IMG/VR virus record: IMGVR_UViG_3300022543_000001
Span: 1-64,000 of that record
Direction: 5' to 3' (one strand)
DNA: 64,000 nt
Source: a virus
Lineage: Duplodnaviria > Caudoviricetes
This document shows positions 58,537 to 64,000 of this stretch, piece by piece. Within the stretch, counting starts at the first letter, position 1; every line of letters starts with the position of its first letter. The notes under the pieces are model-generated. The model did no database searches. It was not told the origin of the DNA and worked only from the letters and a program-made list of their open reading frames with translations. Made by a program: the position numbers and the translations under genes.

Positions 58537-58581
58537 TAAATATACTAAATTTTAATTTAATCAATACACTTTAAAAGTTTA
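58537..58581 (-). promoter_or_regulatory. Candidate promoter (TAAACTTT ... TATATTTA)
   Basis: -7-like box 15 nt before ATG 58521; upstream TAAACTTT at the same distance as in 50711-50755. Confidence 0.45.
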
Positions 58582-61500
58582 CACATCTTCAATAATGTAA
58601 CCATCTTCAATGTACTTATCTATTTCTTTTTTAGATAAATTAGTTACCACACCACCTTTTTTATAATCTCCTCTAAACCCTGTATTCCATCTGTTCATTA
58701 AAGACTTTTTATATGCTTCCATATCTAAATAATCTTCAGCAGACATATTCTTCAAATCATTAAATTTAAAAGTGGGATCAATAATTCCAATTTGATTACC
58801 TTTACCACCAGCCCATATACGCATATCTAATCCAGAACCTTCAATACCCTTTCTACCTGGATCAGCAAAATAAACCTTATTAGGATCTAAATTATGACGT
58901 ACTCTTCCATCTTGATTATATATACGGTTTTTACCAAGTATATACTGCTCAAATAAATCTTGCCAGTTTCCTGAATCAAGATCCATATCTTGTTTTACTT
59001 TAAACTGATAACGACCATATTGTTGTGGATTAGGAGTACCTGCAAAATATAAACCATCCATTCTAGACATATCTGGTAAACCTGCTCTATAACCATATTG
59101 ATCCATAGGAACACTTGTAGCTTGATAAGCAGCTAAAGAAAGAGGATCTTCCATATTAACACCTTTAGCAATCATGTTTTCATATTCACTTAAAGGATTA
59201 CCACTTGCTATTTCATACATATTATATTGACCATGGTTTCCATAATTATCTAATCTATTCCCTATAGGATGAAATTGTCCAGATACTTGTCTAAAACCTG
59301 TTCTATCATAGTCAATTGCACTTTGCATAAATTTCTTCAAACTCTCATCTGACTTAGCAGCTTTTAACATATCTGCTCCCATAGTCTGAGGTCCTGCATA
59401 ACCTAATTCTTTTAAACCCTGAATAATATTTCTTCTTTCTGTAAAACCAGGTAAAGTATTTATAATAGGAGTGACTATTTTTGTTGAAGGTTTGATAGTA
59501 CCACTTAAACTTTCTGCAATAACTGGTAAACCAGTTCTAGCTTTAACTAAACCACCATTATCATAACCAAGTAATGGATAACTACCTGTTCCAAGATAAC
59601 CTTTGGGATTTTGTTCTAGTATAGAAAACTCTCCTAAACCTAATCTTTTACCTACTTTATTTATAGGATTGGTTATAGATTCATAAATTGGTTTTGCTCC
59701 AGTAATATTTGGATTACCTAGAACAAGACCAGAACCAGGTGTGGCTGCATTGTATACACCTGTAAATCTAGAAGGTATATTACCAACTGCTACAGTACCA
59801 GGAGTACGTAATGAGTTTAATGTTTGTAATGTACCTACAGCAGGTTTTATACCTTTTATAATAGGAGCTGCACCCAATGCTCCTTCAAATGCATTTAAAG
59901 CAGCAGTTCCGTAATTACCTTGTTGAAAATTATCATAGGCATTAGAAATATTTTCTGGAGTTTTTGCTACAAACCCTGCAGTAAACAAAGGACTATTAAA
60001 TGCTTGTAATCCTTGTTTCAATCCTTGCTTTAATCCTGGTGCTGAACCTAATGCATTAAAGCCTTTCATGATACCTCTTTTTGTACCTATATCAAATAAC
60101 TCATCTCCTACAGCACTTAAAAATTCTCCTTTGTCATAACCTTTTCTTAAATTGGTTCCAATCTTAAAAGGATTTAAAGCTTGAAGCAAAGTATAATCTC
60201 TAATTATAGCAAGAGGATTATCATTAGGCATAAGTCCTGCATTCTCATCACCAAATTTTTTTGCAATATCTTTTCTTGTTTCATAACTTTGTGCATTATT
60301 TCCCCACATTTCTTCACGAGGATTCATTGCAAAATATGCAGCATCAAATGGATTAGCTAATACATCTCTTATTTTAGAAGCTGTAGTGTTTTCATTAATA
60401 CCAGTTCCTTGTTTTATTGTGTCAGGATTTAGTTCACGCATAAGCATAGCATCCACACTACTGTTTAATATATCATTGTAGGTTTCCTTTTTATTACCAG
60501 TTTTTTGTGTTAGTAATTTTTGCATTGCTTCATCAGGGTTCTCTTGAAATGATTTTAATATTTCAAGTTTACCTTGTTGTGTAGAACCTACTTTATCTAA
60601 TGCTTGTTTAAGAACTTGTTTAGTAGCATCTGATCCAAAATTACCAATGTATGCTGCATAAGCATCATTAAAGTCTTTAGCTTTAGCTGTGTTTGCAGCT
60701 GCTAGTGCATTCTTTTGATTTAAAGTTTGGTTTAATGATGCATTGTTTTGTCTAACATTAGCCATAGCATCATCTTTTGCAAAAGTAAGTCCATCATACT
60801 GACCTGCTTTTCCATACTTATCCATCCAATCTGAATAAGCTTTTTCACCTCTTTCAGTTTTTTGAGATTGATAATTAATAAAGTCTCCTAAGTTATTTGT
60901 ACCACTATGATATCTTTTCTCCCATGCAGCCATTGGATCATCAGATTCTAAAAATATTTTACGATCCTGATCAACCTTAGCTCTATCAGTTCCAGGTAGA
61001 GAATCCATACTTGAAACAAGACTTGCATATGCATCATCTATTATTTTATTTGTAGGTTTTTCAAATGTAGACTTAAGTCCAGATTGTGTTCCTATTTTAG
61101 GAGAGAGTTCTTTTATAACTTTGTCTACGGGTTTACCTTGCTCAATAGCTTTTGTTAGTATACTTTTAGTTACTTCAGCTTCATAGTTAGCTTTAGCTGC
61201 TCCCATTAAATCTCCAAGTTGTTCTTTAACTTGTTTAGGATCTAAACCCCAGTAGTTTTTAAATTGATCTGCTTGAAAACCATTTGTAATAATTCTATCT
61301 TTAACTATGTTTAAAGGATATAATTCAACAAAGCCATCTTTCTTATGGACTAGAAAATTTTTCTTAAGTTCCTCTAATGTTTCTGGTGAATACTTAGATT
61401 CAGATTCCCTTACATAAGGTTCTATTTTATCTTGTTTCTTAGATTTAGCAAATGTATCTAGATATCTAGCACTGTCATCTGCAACCCATCTATTATGTTC

Positions 61501-61818
61501 TTCATTTGTTTTACTACGTATATCATTTATGTCTTTAACTAAACTTATTTTTCTTGCTAAAGATTTAGCTTCAAAGTCTTCTTGTTCTTTTTTCATCTCT
61601 GCTTTAGAAGCAGCAATATATTCTGATTCAGGTAAACATTGTCCATTAAACTCATACATACCTGGAGGACATCCTTCACCTCTCATATAACCTGGCAATG
61701 ATTCATTCCAATATGATGGTTGCTGTACTCCTTGTACTTCTACCATAGGGGTATTATCTGATTTGACAATCTTACCTTTTTTAGCTTGTGGAATACTTGT
61801 TATTCTGTACTTTGCCAT
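58579..61818 (-). CDS. Modular putative virion cargo protein
   Basis: N-terminus KYRITSIPQAKKG; YDNGGLVKARTG; C-terminal tag YKKGGVVTNLSKKEIDKYIEDGYIIEDV. Confidence 0.65.
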   Translation of the reverse strand: MAKYRITSIPQAKKGKIVKSDNTPMVEVQGVQQPSYWNESLPGYMRGEGCPPGMYEFNGQCLPESEYIAASKAEMKKEQEDFEAKSLARKISLVKDINDIRSKTNEEHNRWVADDSARYLDTFAKSKKQDKIEPYVRESESKYSPETLEELKKNFLVHKKDGFVELYPLNIVKDRIITNGFQADQFKNYWGLDPKQVKEQLGDLMGAAKANYEAEVTKSILTKAIEQGKPVDKVIKELSPKIGTQSGLKSTFEKPTNKIIDDAYASLVSSMDSLPGTDRAKVDQDRKIFLESDDPMAAWEKRYHSGTNNLGDFINYQSQKTERGEKAYSDWMDKYGKAGQYDGLTFAKDDAMANVRQNNASLNQTLNQKNALAAANTAKAKDFNDAYAAYIGNFGSDATKQVLKQALDKVGSTQQGKLEILKSFQENPDEAMQKLLTQKTGNKKETYNDILNSSVDAMLMRELNPDTIKQGTGINENTTASKIRDVLANPFDAAYFAMNPREEMWGNNAQSYETRKDIAKKFGDENAGLMPNDNPLAIIRDYTLLQALNPFKIGTNLRKGYDKGEFLSAVGDELFDIGTKRGIMKGFNALGSAPGLKQGLKQGLQAFNSPLFTAGFVAKTPENISNAYDNFQQGNYGTAALNAFEGALGAAPIIKGIKPAVGTLQTLNSLRTPGTVAVGNIPSRFTGVYNAATPGSGLVLGNPNITGAKPIYESITNPINKVGKRLGLGEFSILEQNPKGYLGTGSYPLLGYDNGGLVKARTGLPVIAESLSGTIKPSTKIVTPIINTLPGFTERRNIIQGLKELGYAGPQTMGADMLKAAKSDESLKKFMQSAIDYDRTGFRQVSGQFHPIGNRLDNYGNHGQYNMYEIASGNPLSEYENMIAKGVNMEDPLSLAAYQATSVPMDQYGYRAGLPDMSRMDGLYFAGTPNPQQYGRYQFKVKQDMDLDSGNWQDLFEQYILGKNRIYNQDGRVRHNLDPNKVYFADPGRKGIEGSGLDMRIWAGGKGNQIGIIDPTFKFNDLKNMSAEDYLDMEAYKKSLMNRWNTGFRGDYKKGGVVTNLSKKEIDKYIEDGYIIEDV

Positions 61819-61820
61819 TA

Positions 61821-63974
61821 CTATATTTTTTCAAACGTATAACCTAATTTTTGTAACTTCTTCATAGTAGCTTCATCTATCTCATCTCCAAGTTCATAAT
61901 CAATAGAACCTCCTTGTTGAGCATATTGCATATCTTCTTGAGAATCATTTTTTGCAATATAGTTAAATAGATCTTTTAATCCTTGATCATCTTTTACAAC
62001 TTTAAAAAGATTGTATAATGCATTATCATAGTTAGGATTATTTCTATCTAAAGCACCACTCTTCTCTGCCTCAGATCTCCAAGCCTTAATATCTTCATCT
62101 GTAATAACCTGTGTTGGTTGAAGACCTTTGCTTTGTCTTACTTCAAATATTAAAGACTGTATGTTATCTTGACTAGGATCTGTAAGATAATCGTAATCCT
62201 CACGAGCTTGTCTTTTTTCATCACCTTTTAAATGACCCCAACCTTCTTCAAAAGATTTTAAATTAGGTTGAATAATAATTTGTTCAGCAGGTAATATTTT
62301 ATCACCATATTTATCCCAAAGTCTAGTTCTTTCCTCATGTGCAATAGTTGCATTTAATTCTTTTGGATCGGACTTTAAACTTTCTTTTAGTAATATTTTT
62401 GAAGCTTCACCATCATCATTATAAACCAATTCTCCCATTACACTTGGATCATCAGCAATTATATCTGTGTATTCATATGGTACAGATTGATTTAACTCTT
62501 CCAATAGTGGAGATTCAGGATTATATGCAGGTAAAAATTGTTTTAATGTACGTTCATATGATTTATTACCTATTTGATCAAAAGGTAATTGTCTATTGCT
62601 ATACCAGTTGCTAAAATAAGAATTTGCATTTATAGGTACTATATTAGGAATATCCTCTACCATAGGTGAATCAGACTCAATTGGTGCAGGTCCTCCATTT
62701 CTTGCTTGGTTTAAAGCACCTCCATATTTTCTTTCAGCATCTATTAACTTTTGTTTATTACCAGTAGTTAAATATTCTTCAAATGATTTTACTATTTTCT
62801 TTTCAGCTTCGTTTTGTTGTTCTTGATTTTTTGAAGCAGCTTTCAAATATGACATTATCAAAGCATCATCAAGATCTTTATATAACTCATGCTGTTTTAT
62901 TTTATTTACATCACTCTCATCAAAAACTGTTATCTCTCTTGGATCAAAAGCACCTGTAAAACCTTTATCTCTTAATGCATCAGCAGCTTGCATTTGACTT
63001 GTTCTAATCAAATCTTCATTACCTGTTGGATTAAAACTAGTTCTTAAAGCTTGTTCATATTCATATGCATTTTGATAATTTCTTGGATCTACACGATTTA
63101 TTAAACCTACTTTTTTTATAAAATCATTTGTCAATGGTGCATTATAATTTATAAAGTTTTCAGGATTATTAAATAAAGCTTCTGAAACATATGGTGTAAA
63201 TGTCTTAGTTTGAGGCACTAAACCATAACCACCTAAACTACTCACTCTAGCGGCAGATGTAGCAAAGTCAGGATGTGGTGTTAAATACACACCACCTTCT
63301 TGATTACCCAAACCACTACCTCTAAAAGATCTATCAAAATTTTTAAATGATGTTTTATGTCCAGTTAAACCACCAGTTATTATTGGTTGATTACCATCAA
63401 ACCTGATTGGATTGTATCCACTATACTGAGTTAAGAAATCACTCTCTAACATAGGAACTGTTTCCAATAGTTTTTTTGTTTGCTGTAAATCTAACTTAGG
63501 CAATTCAAACTGAGCACCTGGTATAGCAGCTGGTAGATTAATCTGATTTGATAAACCTTTTAAATAATTATCAGCTACATAGTTTAAAGCAGGTAGATTT
63601 TTACTTACAGATCCTAAACTTCTAAGTGATTTTATTAAATTAGAATTTACTGCTACACCTAATTCAGGCCCAACTACTTTAGCAACACCACCTAAATTAT
63701 ATCTTCTAGTAAGTTTATAATTTGGAATTCTTATTTCACCTGTATTACTTCCTGGAATAAGTTCTAAATAAGCTTTATCTGTTAAACCTCTACCTTGTAA
63801 ATCTGCATTCAGTCTACTAATCATTTCTTCAGCAGCCTTTGGATTCCATTGTCTTACTGAACGAAATCCTTGTGGTACTCCTTCAATACCATCAAATAAT
63901 TTACTGTGTTCAGCTGTAAAATTTAAAGGGATATGATTTTCAAATTTCATGTCCCAATCTTTTTTATTTGCCAT
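61821..63974 (-). CDS. Modular polyvalent-like protein (ADP-ribosyltransferase-like and degenerate zincin-like segments)
   Basis: Segments bounded by YNLGG, KYGG..QARNGG, YAQQGG; FKNFD..GSGLG..GGVYLT..LRDKGFTG..EITVFD; IAHEERT. Confidence 0.65.
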   Translation of the reverse strand: MANKKDWDMKFENHIPLNFTAEHSKLFDGIEGVPQGFRSVRQWNPKAAEEMISRLNADLQGRGLTDKAYLELIPGSNTGEIRIPNYKLTRRYNLGGVAKVVGPELGVAVNSNLIKSLRSLGSVSKNLPALNYVADNYLKGLSNQINLPAAIPGAQFELPKLDLQQTKKLLETVPMLESDFLTQYSGYNPIRFDGNQPIITGGLTGHKTSFKNFDRSFRGSGLGNQEGGVYLTPHPDFATSAARVSSLGGYGLVPQTKTFTPYVSEALFNNPENFINYNAPLTNDFIKKVGLINRVDPRNYQNAYEYEQALRTSFNPTGNEDLIRTSQMQAADALRDKGFTGAFDPREITVFDESDVNKIKQHELYKDLDDALIMSYLKAASKNQEQQNEAEKKIVKSFEEYLTTGNKQKLIDAERKYGGALNQARNGGPAPIESDSPMVEDIPNIVPINANSYFSNWYSNRQLPFDQIGNKSYERTLKQFLPAYNPESPLLEELNQSVPYEYTDIIADDPSVMGELVYNDDGEASKILLKESLKSDPKELNATIAHEERTRLWDKYGDKILPAEQIIIQPNLKSFEEGWGHLKGDEKRQAREDYDYLTDPSQDNIQSLIFEVRQSKGLQPTQVITDEDIKAWRSEAEKSGALDRNNPNYDNALYNLFKVVKDDQGLKDLFNYIAKNDSQEDMQYAQQGGSIDYELGDEIDEATMKKLQKLGYTFEKI

Positions 63975-64000
63975 ATTTAGTAAAAGATTGTATGAATCTA

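Noticed and set aside
2015-63061. Numerous 60-180-aa ORFs nested in or antisense to long genes (e.g. 12346-12882, 13640-13978, 28881-29315, 37894-38226, 44918-45262, 53673-54071)
   Set aside because: They are shadow or alternative-frame ORFs with Ser/Leu/Phe-rich composition, fully overlapping well-supported genes
1-64000. Stop-codon reassignment (TAG or TGA) as in some crAss-like phages
   Set aside because: Multi-kb ORFs are uninterrupted in the standard code, and TAA, TGA and TAG all end well-defined genes
1-64000. tRNA, rRNA, CRISPR array, integrase, reverse transcriptase/DGR
   Set aside because: Coding density leaves almost no room; no cloverleaf, repeat-spacer array or RT motif was seen by eye (a tRNAscan run would confirm)

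Overview
AT-rich segment of a crAss-like (Crassvirales-related) dsDNA phage genome, probably infecting environmental Bacteroidota. The host inference rests on TAnnTTTG-type promoter boxes, SD-less A-rich leaders and a virion RNA polymerase with the GGDFDIDK motif. The standard genetic code is used. Nt 1-24,044 (+ strand) is a dense early/replication block: HNH, SF2 helicase, ClpS, spore-photoproduct-lyase-like radical SAM, UDG, DnaB, Sak4-like ATPase, SSB-like protein, primase, GIY-YIG, a MoxR AAA+/vWA-metallopeptidase locus, PD-(D/E)XK nuclease, PolB, MazG-like and 2OG-Fe(II) enzymes. Nt 24,084-63,974 (- strand) holds eight very large putative virion/cargo genes plus a 46-aa basic peptide. 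The two blocks converge on a bidirectional terminator. Two patterns stand out. (1) The four consecutive ejection-type proteins (8,817 aa in total) appear to contain only four cysteines, all at the facing termini of the 2464-aa protein, the 3315-aa RNAP and the 1978-aa protein; this suggests a head-to-tail disulfide (or Zn) chain of ejected proteins. (2) The four upstream cargo genes look like modular polyproteins punctuated by about 20 A/Y/F-x-x-G-(G) motifs, with shared N- and C-terminal tags, a shared Cys module and ART-like/zincin-like payloads. No tRNA, rRNA, CRISPR array, integrase or reverse transcriptase was seen. All domain calls are by-eye motif recognition; no database search was run.
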